Shown: positions 51,046 to 64,000 of the stretch, piece by piece
Layout of the letters: each line of letters starts with the position of its first letter
Position numbering within the stretch: the stretch's first letter is position 1
NCBI RefSeq assembly: GCF_000143415.4
Contig: NW_003314385.1
Coordinates: 29,296-93,295 of the forward strand
DNA: 64,000 nucleotides
Reading direction: 5' to 3'
Source of the DNA: Selaginella moellendorffii
Lineage: Eukaryota; Plantae; Lycopodiophyta
The notes under the pieces: generated by a model
What the model was told of the DNA's origin: nothing
The model's input: only the letters and a program-made list of their open reading frames with translations
Databases searched by the model: none
Program-made: the position numbers and the translations under genes

Positions 51046-51712
51046 AACCCTAAACTGGCTATGGGGGGTTCCAAATCTAGATAGTAGGTAGGTCGGGCAT
51101 GGCCGACCAACCTGAAGCATAATTTAAATCCCACTTGCGTGCCTGTCCTTGTTTTATGTCTGGCTTGGGTCTAAGCCCAAGTTCCATACCTTGCTAGTTG
51201 GTGGAGTACCTATATCCTCGAATTAGGCCACCAGTATGCTAAAATAGCGCCAGAATCTATTTAACTCCGTTTTACATGTTTGTCTTGGCATTAGGATGCT
51301 AAGTGCTCTAAGATTATTCCAAGTTGCTTTGCGCTTTTGTTCTTTCATTCCTTGGGCTGTATGCTCGAGAGTTGTTCCATGCTCCAATGCCATTGTTCCT
51401 TGGCTCCATACTTAGGAGTTTGGCACTGTTCTTTCGTTAAGTGGCCCAAGGTTTTGAAACTCGGGTTTTGCAACACTATCATTTGGACACGTGGCATGTA
51501 ACATATGGCATGTGACACGTGGCACATAGAGGGTTTAGGTTCCACTTCATGGTTATCCTATGGTAAATAGTAAAAACTATATGTGCTACAATTTTGCAAG
51601 ATTTAACTTTATGTGTTGAGCCTACCTTCTCTCTGCTAAGCCTGCTACCAACTAAGTTTGGGCTATACCCACCTTTGGAAAATCTAAGTTCAGCATATCT
51701 AAACCACCACAT

Positions 51713-52083
51713 TGTAAGAAACCAACTCCCCGAGGTGTTGAAGGTTAAAGGATCCCTAAAAGCATGACCAAAATGATAAAAAGTTCATTGGATGGGACCG
51801 AGTCTGAGATCGAGTCCAAGACTGACTCTAAGACCGAGTTCGAGACAGAGTTTGGGATCGAGTCAGAAGACCAAGATTGAGACTGAGTTCGAAATCAAGT
51901 TCGAGACAGAGTTCGAGATCCGAGATCAAGGTCGAGTCTGAGATCGAGTCTAAAGTCGAGTTTGAGATTGAGTCTGAGACCGAGTCTAAGGTCGAGTCCA
52001 AGATCAAGTACGAGATTGAGTCTGAGACCAAGTCCAAGTACTAATACAGGTCGAAGGGTGAAAGCCCAAAGCGTATATCTCCC
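51713..52083 (+). mobile_element. Truncated degenerate chromovirus LTR (U3 part)
   Basis: Starts TGTAAGAAACCAACTCCCCGAG and is colinear with 17435-17846. Confidence 0.85.
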
Positions 52084-52089
52084 TGTTCA

Positions 52090-52800
52090 CCTTATCATTG
52101 CATAAACCCAGTGACATACGCTTTGACTGTCCTGAACAAGGCTTCCAGTCGCTCAAGTAGACTTGTCATATCATCCAGACTAGCAGACTCAACAGCCTCC
52201 TTCAAAGCTTGTCCAGTATCAGGAATCTCAACACCCTCACTGATGTAATGCACGGCTGATTTGGCCTTGAGCTCCTTGCTGAAGCTAGCTGCAGTGTAAC
52301 TTTCCCCTGCATATATTGACGAGGATCGGAAATCACTTGCATCCTTTCCTTAAACTCGGACAGCAAGGCTGACTTGCCAGAAGTCAGAGCAGCACTAGTA
52401 GCTCACCTACTGTTGCACTTGTCTCGAGACCACCCAGCAGAAGAATGGGCACCAAAAGTAAAACTTTCAAACCATACTCCAGCAACGCCAGCACCAAGCC
52501 AACACTGCCACACCCAGCTCCCAGCTCAATCCCTAGCTTCCCCTGGATCCTGTTGTGAATCCTGCCCTGCCGGGCCACACCATCATCCTGATGTGCATCG
52601 ATCTAATTCAAGAATCATTTAGAGCAGAAATATTTAGTGTGGTGCGAGAAGGAACAAGCCCAGACTTCCAACAACAACAGATTTACGGCCTTTCCTCCGC
52701 CATGCTTCTGACAGCCATCTCAAACCGAACAAGATCGTCCATTTGCGTTATCAGCTTGCGCACGAAAATCTTCTTGACCGGGTGTAAAAGGCATGCACAG
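52090..52800 (-). pseudogene. Gene fragment(s) with a class I SAM-methyltransferase motif I (METTL21/EEF2KMT-like)
   Basis: GKLGIELGAGCGSVGLVLA at ~52480-52550. Remaining exons cannot be joined confidently. Confidence 0.35.
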
Positions 52801-53245
52801 GGGCCGGAATATGCTCATTTCCAAGAGACTCAACCACAAGTATATGATTTGCCGGGTTAGTGATCCGTACAGTCTTTTTGTTTTTGTGCCATGTGGCTCA
52901 GTGCGCAGACGCGTACGGCGATGGCGTGATGGACCGAGTTTTTTGTGCTTGTTCCGCGGTGTCGGTCCGTGCTTCTTGAAGGTTTGATCTTCCTTGTTGG
53001 TGGCTGGCGGGGAAGGGGGAGGGCCAAGGCGGCGGCAGCAGCGGCAGCGACGGCTGATGCTCGAGGGGGGCTGGGCCCCTTTTCACGCGTAAGTCACCAG
53101 ATCTATCCGTTTTCGTGAGTGCCGCACACGCAACTCAAGCAAGAACAAGTGATCCGGGGTTCCAAGCCTCTGAATGAGTGAGTGAGAGAAGGAGAGATCC
53201 CGGAAGCAAGAAGCGATCACAGGGTTTGTAGGGTGTATTCCTAGA

Positions 53246-54427
53246 ATGTATCTCGAGGAGGGCTTGATCCATCCCGAGCAATGCCTGGATGAGCAACGGC
53301 GGCAGCAGGAGGGGCAGGAGGAGGAGGAGGAGGAGTTTGATCACTTTGAGCGGCTGCCCGACTCGTTGCTGCTCACCATCTTCAACAAGATAGCCGAGAT
53401 CAAGGCGCTGGGCAAGTGCTGCGCCGTGTCCAAGCGCTTCAACAGCGTGGCGTCTCAGGTGGACAATGTGGTGGTGCGAGTCGACTGCGTGCTATCGGGC
53501 GAGGACACGAACTGCAGCAGCAAGGCCAGCAAGGGGCTTGTGTCCAGCCTCGTCAAGCTCGTCTATGGCAGCCTCCTCAGGCCCTTCCAGGTACTGCAAC
53601 AGATGCTCTCCTTCAGCGCTGGCGGGAAGAAGAGCTCAGGCTCCCGGCCGGTCTCCGCCACGGAGGTGTCTCACCACTCTCCGGGCGAGGTGCTGCGCAA
53701 CTTCAAGGAGATCCAGACGCTACGGATTGAGCTCCCGGGTGGGGAGCTGGGGCTGGAGGAGGACATTGTGTTGAAGTGGAAGGCGGAGTTTGGGAGCACG
53801 GTGCAGAGCTGCGTCATGCTGGGTGCTTACAGGGAGAAGGTGGCGGACGTGAAACCGCTTGAAAGCAAGGAGGCGGCCGAGGAAGTCAAAGTTGGCGATT
53901 GCGATCAACACGAGGGGGAGCGGGAGCAGCAGCAGCAGCAGCAGGACGACAATGGGAGCATTCCGGAGACGTTCTACACGGATGGAAGCCTAAAGTCGAG
54001 AGTGGTGTGGACAATCAGCTCGCTCATCGCGGCGTCGGCCCGGCATTTCTTGCTGCAGCAGATCATAGCGGAGCACCCGACGCTGGAGAGGCTGCTGCTG
54101 ACGGACGCAGATGGGCAGGGAACGCTGTGCATGAGCAAGGAGCAGCTGTGCGAGTTTCGCGACAGTCCGATCGCCGCCGCCTCCGTCTCTTCCAACCGGA
54201 CTCAGGTCCCCGCCCTCAACATGAAGCTGTGGTATGCTCCCCTGCTGCCGCTGCCCGACGGCACCTTGCTCCGCGGCGCCACCCTCGTCGCCATCCGGCC
54301 CAGCGACACGCCGGCGCCCAAGGACCTCCAAAGCCTCGTCGCCGGCGCGTTCCAGGAGCCGTATGCCAGTGCCGCCAGCCTGCTGGTCAAGCGCCGGACT
54401 TATCTCCTGGAGATGAACGCGTTCTAG
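53246..54427 (+). CDS. F-box protein, At1g30200/At5g46170 (AUF-like) family, intronless
   Basis: F-box DHFERLPDSLLLTIFNKI..CCAVSKRF. Family motifs SHHSPGEVLRNF, LKWKAEFGST, WTISSLIAASARH and RRTYLLEMNAF. Confidence 0.9.
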   Translation: MYLEEGLIHPEQCLDEQRRQQEGQEEEEEEFDHFERLPDSLLLTIFNKIAEIKALGKCCAVSKRFNSVASQVDNVVVRVDCVLSGEDTNCSSKASKGLVSSLVKLVYGSLLRPFQVLQQMLSFSAGGKKSSGSRPVSATEVSHHSPGEVLRNFKEIQTLRIELPGGELGLEEDIVLKWKAEFGSTVQSCVMLGAYREKVADVKPLESKEAAEEVKVGDCDQHEGEREQQQQQQDDNGSIPETFYTDGSLKSRVVWTISSLIAASARHFLLQQIIAEHPTLERLLLTDADGQGTLCMSKEQLCEFRDSPIAAASVSSNRTQVPALNMKLWYAPLLPLPDGTLLRGATLVAIRPSDTPAPKDLQSLVAGAFQEPYASAASLLVKRRTYLLEMNAF

Positions 54428-54459
54428 CGCTTTTTCTAGAAAGCAGGGAATGCCATTGG

Positions 54460-55680
54460 CTAGGTGTTTGATCGAGCATTGAAAGCTCTACAGTCTCTGC
54501 GGACCTCGCCCTGGCTGCCGGTCTTGATGCCGGTGTAGCCCAGCTTCACCATGGCTTGCATGAAGGCGAAGAAGAAGTCTTCCTGGCTGGCGGCCAAGCT
54601 GGCCACCACGGGCGACGTCCGCTTGTCCAGGGCCAGCGCCTGATCCGACACGAGCAGGCCCCTGTTGTTTTGCAGGTTGCGGTAGTAGGAGTTGTCAAAG
54701 GCTAAGGGCGTGGTGGCGTCGAATCCCCGCACCGTGTTGGGGCTCCCGCCAACTTGCGGGCACGAAGCCTTGAGCGACGCAGCTAGCGTCGGATCCAGCG
54801 ACGGGTCCGTCTTTGCGGCGCTGCTGAAGTTGTAGAGCCTCTTGGAGAACTGGTTGCAATGGGAGAATCCAATTGTGTGTGCTCCTGCGAGGAACTATAT
54901 CACTATCTAGTGTCGCTACTTGTGTAATACTATGCACACCTGACAGTACAACCAGATCTTCGATGCTCAAGTTGACAGTGGCCAGCAGGGTGATAAGTTG
55001 CGACACATTGAAACTGGAGGCCGGGAGGCGGCCCTCGACGCGTGCAGCGCGAGAGATGAGGCCGTCCCGCCGACCTTTGGGGACCGCCCACCTGGGGCCG
55101 CCACTCTGTCGTATGAAGCGCAAATATTTGGATCGTGAGAGAGAGCATCAATCGTCACTTACAAACACAACCACGTCCCTGGCGGCCATTGCGAGGATGT
55201 CGGCGCACGAGACAACCGCGGGGCATGCAGCCTCCACTGCCTTCTTGGCCTCCACAATTGCGTCGAATCCATTCTGCGGGAAGCTCAAATTGTCGGCCGC
55301 GTCTCGCTCCGCGACGTTGGTGGGCGTGGAGGAGATGAGAATGGATGCATCACAGCCCTGCCAGTGCCAACCAAGATCATACAATGTCAAGCTAAGCTAC
55401 ACTGCCAGTGGATGGATCGAATTCATCCATAATTCGCAACACGGCCTCACGTACTCACCTCCACCAGGCAATCGTGGAAGTAGAGGCGCAACACCGCGGG
55501 TGGAACCACATTGTCCCTTTTGGAGAGGGCGAGAGTGACGTTAGCGACGATGGCATCCACATTCGGACAAGCGGTCTTGTAGAAGTCGAAGGTAAGCTGG
55601 CCAGTTGCTCCATGTAGTAGACAAGACAATGAGACAATGACGATCCAAGAGACAACGTTAGCATGGATGGGATGAACCAT
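54460..55680 (-). CDS. Class III secretory peroxidase (4 exons: 55680-55459, 55357-55163, 55105-54940, 54884-54460)
   Basis: Signal peptide, [44 protein letters not shown] and GEVRRDC. Canonical 3-intron layout. Confidence 0.95.
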
Positions 55681-56024
55681 CGCTCGATCGTAAACCGTAG
55701 AATCACAATGCAACGCGAGGAAATCGTCCTCTCGTTGTCGCCGTCGTCGTTGTCGTCGTCGTCCTCGATGGGTGATAGATGAAAGTGGCCGATTCGTGAT
55801 CGATATCAACCAATCTTCTCCGGCTCTTGGACAACAATCATTCCTGGCGACAAGGTTGTGAAATTCATGGAGGCTTCGTTCGTTCGTAAGACTCATCTCT
55901 TTTGAGCCAGCCACTGTCCCGTCTCGTGACTGTACAAGACCACATGTGACTTCGCTGACATCGTAGGGCAGCCAGGCGTTCGATTCCAGCGAGGGGCTGC
56001 AACAAGGTTTAGGGTTTATAGGCC

Positions 56025-59000
56025 ATGTCGAAGGCGCTGCTGCCGCTGCTGGCATGGGTCGCGATCCTGGTGCTGGCTGCAGCAGCGGCGCATCGGCTCC
56101 ACAAGAATGTGATCGTGGAGCTCCACGCCAAATGGAGTGGGACGTCGCTGCTCTTGGAAATGGGGTAAGTTGCCTGAGCGCCATACGCTAGAAATTCCAC
56201 TCTCCCGTGTGTGCTTGCAGTGAGCTTGTGGCCAAGGAGAGGGATGACAATTTCTGGAAATTCATTGACTCGTGGATCGAGCGGGAGGAGAAGGAGAGCC
56301 AGTCCTCCTCCAACAGCACCAGCAATTGCCTAGAGCAGATATTATCGCAAGGCTCCGCTTTGTTGGACGGTCACCTCGCGTCTCTCTTAGATTTGTCCCT
56401 CTCGCTGCGCAGCGCGTCACCAAAGCTTGTTGTCTACGCACAGCTCGCGCAGGAATCACTGTCAGCCTTCAACCTTCATTCCGGAGGCAGTGATCGGCCA
56501 CGACCTCCACGGCAAAAGTGCTGCTGGGTGGACGTGGGATCCAGTCTTCTGCTAGAAGAGTCCGAGCTCCTCCACTGGCTGAAATCCTTGTCGGGCGAGT
56601 GAGTTACCGTCTCGTTTTTTTGTTTTCTCCTCGCTTCTCACAATGTTTTGAAACAGGCCTTTGCTGGATAAAGCTTTGAACTTGTTTGAGTTTGATCACG
56701 TCTATCCACAATCCGCATCTTTTGCCTACACTGCCATCCTATACGGCGCACTTGGTACGCCGTGCTTCAAAAGGTTCCACTCAATCCTCAGCGACTCCTC
56801 AAAAACTCAGGTACGCGAGGCATACTGCGGAGTGCTTTTAACTGCTGTTTCTTTCAGGACCTTGTGCGGTATGTGGCACGGCCATTCCTTCCAGATGGTT
56901 GCGAAGAGTCGTGCTCAGCTTGTAGTAAAGCAGGGGTCGGCGAGCCACTCAACCTTGCGGGCTACGGTGTTGAGCTTGCGCTGAAAAACATGGAGTACAA
57001 AGCTATTGACGACAGCGAAGTCAAAGCTGGTACCATGTGTCCGTGCTGTCTTCCCTTACCAAGTTTCCTTTGTGTGCCTCACCAGGTGGATCATCTGAAG
57101 ATACCTCTGCTGAGGATCCCCTGGCTCAAGAAGTCAGAGGGTTTATCTTCTCGAGGCTTCTTGTACGTACATTGCATTTTCCTTTGTTGTACTGTTCTTA
57201 TTGCATGCTCTCAGGAACGTAAGCCTCATCTTGAAGGGGAGCTCATGACGTTCAGAGACCAGTTACTGTCGTCCGAGATATCGGACAGCATGAATGTCTG
57301 GGAAGTAAAAGGTAAAGGGGAATAACGTTTACTCTTCTAGGTACTTACTCACGTTTCTAATAGATCTTGGATACCAAGCAGCTCAGAGAATCGTAGGAGC
57401 ATCTGAACCATTACGGCTGATGCAGGAGTTGAACCAAAACTTTCCAAATCTCGTGTCGTCATTGTCTCGCATGAAGGTAACTATCTTCGTACATTCCTCG
57501 TCAGACTGGGCTTGATACACCTTTCTTTTTATTTATTTACCTAGATCAATGAGACCATCAAGCAGGAAATAGTTTCCAATCAGCAAATGATTTCACCAGG
57601 AAGAAATCTTCTTGCTATCAATGGGGCTTTAGTCAATCCCGAGAGCCTTGATCTTTTCACGTTAGCCTACTACTCTATGTAGATAGCGGTCTGCTACACT
57701 GACCTTCTGTTTTTGCAGGTTGATTCATATGGTGCATCAAGAGCTGTCCTTTGCTGATAAGATACTGAAAATGAAGGTCAGTATGACGCTCTGGAGGATA
57801 AAAACGTAACTATTTATCTCTACAGGTTCCTTCTAGTTCTGTGTCGAAGCTTTTGAGGCTACCTGAGCCGGTTGAATCAGTTGCAGTGAGAGTGGATTTT
57901 CGCTCCAAGGATTTTGTACACTATCTGAATGATCTTGAAGAAGATAATAAATACAATAGGTGGAGGACAAATCTGAACGAGGTGCTATCGGGTTCTTCTT
58001 TTTCTTTTCCATTGATATCTCGCCTAAATTCTCTGTATACTTTGATGCAGCTATTAATGCCAGCTTTTCCAGGACAGCTTCGCTACATCCGAAAGAACTT
58101 ATACCATGCAGTCTACGTACTAGACCCGGTTTCCGTGAGAGGACTCAGAGTAAGCCGCTTGTGAGACTCTGAACCTTGCCCACCAATATTGATGTTCGCA
58201 GACGGTGGAGATGATTCTGCACTATTATCATAACAACTTGCCAATGCGTTTTGGTCTCATCCTGCTCTCGGCGGCAGATTTGCATTCATTAGACGAAGAA
58301 AATGGAGCTCGTGAGAAGGACGATTTATCCAGCTTGGTGAGCCGTTTTATTTTTCTTTCGGTTTCACCTGTTTCAATTTGAAATTCCAGATGATACGTCT
58401 TTTTCTTTACGTTAAGAATACGGGAGGAGTTTATAACGCTTTTGAGTTTCTAAAAAACGTGAGAGTTTCGTGGAATTTCCAGTATGATGAGACTTCTTTG
58501 CGTTGTAGGTTTTGGACTCTTATTCCGAAGATTCTGAAGAAAACTATACTGAGGCTAGACATATTGAGGAAGGATTTGTTAAATCACTCGGGTAAGCTTT
58601 TCTTTGTTGCTGTCAATTTGAACTCCGATGCTAATGCTTGCAAAATTCATAGGACTATGACGAAAACCAGTGCTATGGAGGTCTTTTCCAAATTGAAGAA
58701 TGGTGAAGATTATAGAAGGGAAGCATTTGAAAGCAGCCAGTTTGTATACAGACTTGGTTTATCCGAAGTATATCCATGCCTCCTCATGAACGGTCTCGTT
58801 TATGGAGAAAGTCAGGTATACTGTCATTTATCAAATCTTAGGGACATTCCTAACGTGTCACTTGCACTTAGCCACAATTTTCAGTGATGGCGGCCATGAA
58901 TGAAGAACTCCCTAAAATACAAGAAATGGTCTACTTCGGTCAAATACATTCGCGGACAGATGTTTTAGACAAGTTTTTAGCAGAGGAAGGCCTTAAAAGA

Positions 59001-62000
59001 TATAACCCAAAGGTACTAAGCGCGCACTTGAGCTTTACAATTAACTTGTGCTGCATGCAGATAGCTGGCACTGGGAAAGATTCGAAGTATGTGTCAGTTG
59101 CACTGGTGGTTTCTGAGAGCCATCCAGTTGTATGTAGTCTCCAGTATCTGCACACACCTGGAAGTACGTATCCATTATTCACGTGATGTGCTGAAGCGAT
59201 TGCATGCTTGCAGCCGAAGACGACGTAAAACCTGTAACTCACTGGCTACTTGTTGACTTGACGAAGGAATCTGGTATACGTCTGTTGACGCAAGGTGTCC
59301 GCTACATCGTAAGTTGTGCTTGATGAAGCGAAGAGTGTATTATTACCTTTGCTTCAATTTCAGATGGAAGGTACAGACAGAGGGCGTCTTGCTATTCTAC
59401 ATAACATGAAGGATGCGGACAATACTCCAGAATCATCAAAAGAGTTACTGCTTCCCCGACTTGTTAGTCACGTTATGCAGGCATCAAGGTACTAAACACT
59501 AAGGTTTTGTTATCACTTTTCTCTTACGGTTTTCTTTTCTCCAGTCGCCGAGCAAAATACCTGCGGTTGTTACATTCTTTTTTAACGCATTACAAGTCAG
59601 GCACTTTTGGGGAGGTTCTGCATTTGTATTTGAGTACTGCTAAAGAGATGGGTCTGGACATTGCGAAGGAGGCAATCTTGGAGTCCTCTACATTATCTAC
59701 TCAGCTTTTACAGTTCCATAAAGTAATGGATTTTGTTTCTATATCGATGCTGACCAATAGTCTACAGGAAAAGAAGTTTGTAGCGGAATTGTTTGGCATC
59801 AGGCCAGGTATTAACGCCGTAGTTACAAATGGGCGGGTAAGTCCTTATTTTTATTTTACTCATGAGTTACCACCGTCTGTTTAGATTTCTATTCAAGACT
59901 CAAAACCTTTTATTGCGGAAGACCTCATGCTTTTAGAATCACTAATGTATCGGCGAAGGATAAAGGACGTACGGGAAATTATTGAAGATGTGAAGTGGGA
60001 AGGTTTAGAACCTGATGACATTACAAGGTATGTCAACCTAATTAATGTGGCTTTCCTCTCTTACTTTGTTGTGCTTAGTGCGTACCTAAGCACCGTCATC
60101 ATGGCAGTCTCATCCACAATGGCGTCGCGCACTCGGAGCTCCGAGACGGCACAGTTTGAGCTCCTCAAGGCTGATCACAGGTATGTACTTATTTCACCTG
60201 CGTTTTCTATTCACGTGTTCTTTCGGTGGAAAGTGCTATTGTCCGGCATGTCGATGGCTCGCCGATTCAAATCGATGCGGTCATCAACCCGCTGAGTGCT
60301 CTTGCTCAAAGACTGACTCCTCTTCTGCTGATGCTTGAAGAATGGCTCCATCCAAGTATACGTATAGTCTTGAATCCGATGGTACGCTCGCCTGTGTCAG
60401 TTTTTCTTGCTTTTGACGTAAATTTTTCAGAGCTCACTGGGGGACGTTCCCCTAAAGAATTTCTACAGATACGTTCTACCGTCAAAAGTAAGACATCTGA
60501 TTGTGTTGCAGCTGATGCCTGAGAGTTGCATGTTGCCAGGAAGAGTTTTTATCAGGTGGTATCGGGCCGCATGCGAGGTTCTCCAACATGCCCCCATCGA
60601 AGACGCTAACGCTTAATCTAGATGTACCCGAGCCATGGCTTGTAGAGCCTGTCGTGGCTATGTAAGTTGACGTTTATTCTACTATCTTGTACTGACGTGT
60701 ACTGACTTGCAGTCATGACCTGGATAATATTGTTTTGGAAAAGCTCGACGATGAAAGAACTTTGCATGCCGTTTTTGAGCTTGAAGCTCTTATGATAACA
60801 GGTATTCACAGTTCTATATCGTTCTATCGCATTTCTTGATTCTTTTATTTGCAAGGACACTGTTATGAACACAATGAGCCGCCTCGTGGACTTCAACTTA
60901 TCTTAGGAACTAAGCAGCACGCTCATGTGGTCGACACCATTGTCATGGCCAATCTTGGCTATTTTCAACTCAAAGCTGCTCCCGGGGTATGGACTCTTGG
61001 TCTAGCCAGAGGCAGATCGAGCGAGCTATACACTTTACAAGGACATAAACAAGGAACGGATGAGGGTCCGATCAGCAAGCAAATCTTAGTTGCTGACATG
61101 AGAGGAGAACTAGTACATCTTGAGGTGGTAAAACGAAGAGGGATGGAAGATGAGAAGCTGTTGGTAGTGGATGACGACAACGGGAAGAAAACATCTCTAA
61201 GCGTATGTTCCCCATCTTATCACATTACGTTGGCCTTATGCTATATATGCAGGACAAGACGAAAGGTTTCTTTGAATGGGCTGCGAATATTATGGGCACA
61301 GGAGAAAAGAAAACTTCAAAACAGAATACCTCGGTGAAGTTCTACTTTACAAGTTTTAGACTCACAGTGAACAATTTCATTACAGGCTTCAGCGAGGCAT
61401 GGTGAAACCATCAACATTTTCTCGGTTGCGTCGGGGCATCTGTAAGTCTTAGATGTTTGAATGATCCGACTTTCTCACAGAAGGTTTGCAGATACGAGCG
61501 TTTTCTAAAGATTATGATGCTCAGCGTTTTGAAGAATACTAGACGGCCAGTGAAATTTTGGTTTATCAAGAATTATCTTTCTCCACAATTTAAGGTTGGC
61601 GGACTTGTAAATCGCGTCTAGCTGACAGGATTTCGTGCAGAATTTGATACCTCATATGGCTGTCGAGTATGGCTTCGAATACGAGCTTGTAACGTACAAG
61701 TGGCCTACCTGGCTTCATAAGCAGACTGAAAAGCAACGAATCATATGGGCCTATAAGATTTTGTTCCTTGACGTGATTTTCCCTCTCTCTCTCAAAAAGG
61801 TATGTGCTTAATTGCCTTAATGGCAATCCTCACTCCTTGAAGCAGGTTATCTTCGTGGACGCTGATCAAATAGTGCGTGCTGACATGGGGGAACTATATG
61901 ACATGGATATAAAGGGCAGACCCCTCGCTTACACGCCTTTCTGCGATAACAACAAAGATATGGATGGTTATCGCTTTTGGAGTCAGGTATTCCTTTTTAC

Positions 62001-62673
62001 TGCCATTGCTTGTTTTGTGTAACTATTATATGTCAGGGATTCTGGAAGGAACATCTGCAAGGAAAACCTTATCACATCAGGTAAAAATCTTTGGATCAGC
62101 TGTTCTTTTTGTTTACTTGCACTGTTGAGTTGCAGTGCGCTCTACGTTGTGGATCTTGATAAATTCCGCCAAACAGCAGCCGGTGACAACCTGCGTGTAT
62201 TTTATGAAAATCTAAGCAAAGATCCAAACAGCCTTTCCAATCTCGACCAGGTGAGGTTTGAAGTTGAGTTGTTTTTAATTTTTTTTTCTCACAATTTGAA
62301 GCAGGATCTTCCAAATTATGCTCAACATACGGTACCGATATATTCTCTCCCTCAAGAATGGCTGTGGTGTGAGTCTTGGTGTGGAAATGCCACCAAGGGC
62401 CGAGCAAAGACAATCGATTTGTGTAACAATCCCATGACCAAGGAGCCCAAACTACAGGTAAAACCGCAAACTTTCTTGTGTTCGTTGGTAAATTCTCATT
62501 GTTCTCCACCGCAGGGCGCCAGAAGAATTGTCCAAGAATGGCCGGCCCTTGACGAAGAAGCGCAACTTTTTACCAAAAGGATCCTCGGCAAAGGCAGGGA
62601 CGAGGAGAACACAATGCAAGTGCCCAAGGAACCTTCTTCCACAAACGATGCTGACGTGAAAGACGAGTTGTGA
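56025..62673 (+). CDS. UGGT: UDP-glucose:glycoprotein glucosyltransferase (many short introns)
   Basis: Signal peptide, [68 protein letters not shown] and IDLCNNP. C-terminal KDEL. Confidence 0.96.
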
Positions 62674-62784
62674 GCTCTTAGTAGCATACGAACGAACGGT
62701 AAACGAGTCAAGAGTTTGATTTATTTTATTGTATTCAAAACGCGTCTGGGACGTGGTTCCATGAATGATTGGTTTATGCGCTTC

Positions 62785-64000
62785 TCAGAACGGTGTTGGC
62801 GTCAATGGCTCCATTCTCGCGAGATAGTCGGACCGAAGCCCAGAGAAATCTGCCGCATCAGTTTGGAATCTCAACATGGCTGTCGGTACCAGATCCGCTT
62901 GGTCTAGACTGAAGTCAGAATCGAAGGCAATCGGCTTTGCCACAGCAACTGGATCCACAAGCTTGAACTCAACTTGGTTCTTGAGGGAGGCCTTGACGAA
63001 CTGCACACGACAAATCTATAAGCCAAAGCGGAGATACAAGAGTAGAGACAACCTCGTGGATTGCGGACGTTGGCTCCTTGGGAAGAAACAGGCCCTGCAG
63101 CACCACATTGTCGGGGAAGAGTATGCGAATCACCGACACCTTGTACTTCTGACGTGCTGCAAGTACTTGCTTCTCCCTCAGAGACTTCGGAATGAGCAGC
63201 TGAGAATCTTCCAGTTTCTTTCGTTTGATCGCCGCTTGCTTCTTCACCTCGTCCAGCGACAGCTCGTAGAAGTCGGCCGAAAGCTCTGCACGCGACGCAG
63301 TACCTTCTGCCGAAACATAAAACACTCGCACCTGCCAACACAGTCGTCAGGACAAAATCCAGAGCCTGGACCAAATACCTGTCTGTCAAACGAACTCGCC
63401 TCTTCGGTTGTCCTCGCCGCAAGCTGTGGCTGTGAAGGCTGTGCAAGCTGTGCCTCGAGCGCCGCTACAACTTCCTTGATCACTCGCAAGCGCTCAGCTG
63501 ACGGCTCTTCCATTACGTTCCACAGCTCACCTTGTTCCATGACGGCCTCGAAGCCCAGAAACTCGAGAAACTCGGCACCACCAACGGCCGAGCCAATACT
63601 CTCCTGGATCTTGGGATTTCCCATGCGAACTTTCCTGAACTTGTCCGACGCCGGATCTCTAATGATGTTTGTGAGAAGCCGGACGACAACTTGGACAGCT
63701 CCGTTGGAGGCGCCGCCAGAGAGAAATGTCGCCACGGCTACCTCCATCTTCTCTGTGTCGTCGTGGGTCATTTCCTGAGAGACATTCGGATTGTTGCTGC
63801 TTTTACTGAAGAGACCACCACCACCATCGTTTACGCTTGGATCGGGGAGTAGACGGGACCGTTGGGGCTCTACGCTCACCTCCGCCGATGCCGATTGCCT
63901 TGGAGTCAATGACGGCGTCGTCGGCTTGGGGCTTCTCGACTTGGATTTGTCGGCCTTGAGCTGCTCCGCTTCCCACCTTTGCTGCTGATTTCTCCTCCAT
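62785..64000 (-). CDS. PUX2: Plant UBX-domain protein (PUB + UBX, PUX2-like), 5'-truncated by the window edge
   Basis: PUB: LLTNIIRDPASDKFRKVRMGNPKI..GGAEFLEFLGF. UBX: DFYELS..., IRILFPDNVVLQGLF. Confidence 0.8.

Noticed and set aside
62876-63778. 300-aa plus-strand ORF
   Set aside because: Antisense shadow of the PUX2-like gene.

Overview
Eukaryotic nuclear DNA from a land plant with very short (~50 nt) introns and a flagellar-type gene. A lycophyte such as Selaginella is my inference, not something the sequence proves. 1-6.1 kb holds a Crinkler-like REase+kinase ORF, a 639-bp mini-hAT and an axonemal-dynein-light-chain-domain gene whose 3' end runs into TE sequence. 7025-16622 is a ~9.6 kb DNA transposon with perfect 24-bp TIRs. 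It encodes a Sola1/DUF7869-like DDE transposase (+) and, divergently (-), a ParB/DGQHR-like protein, a probable methyltransferase-like fold and an FCP1/SCP-type HAD phosphatase domain. About a dozen copies of a 22-bp palindrome are dispersed through it; this is the best candidate for an undescribed system. 16.6-52 kb is a nest of LTR elements: two inverted copies of a chromovirus whose integrase is split by GT-AG introns, an older Gypsy broken and inverted between them (swapped TSDs), Cassandra-like TRIMs carrying 5S promoter boxes, and a young non-coding LARD that shares a covarying RNA hairpin block and PPT with the chromovirus. 53-64 kb is a compact host gene block: F-box, class III peroxidase, UGGT and PUX2-like. 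Family assignments are from motif recognition by eye; no searches were run.
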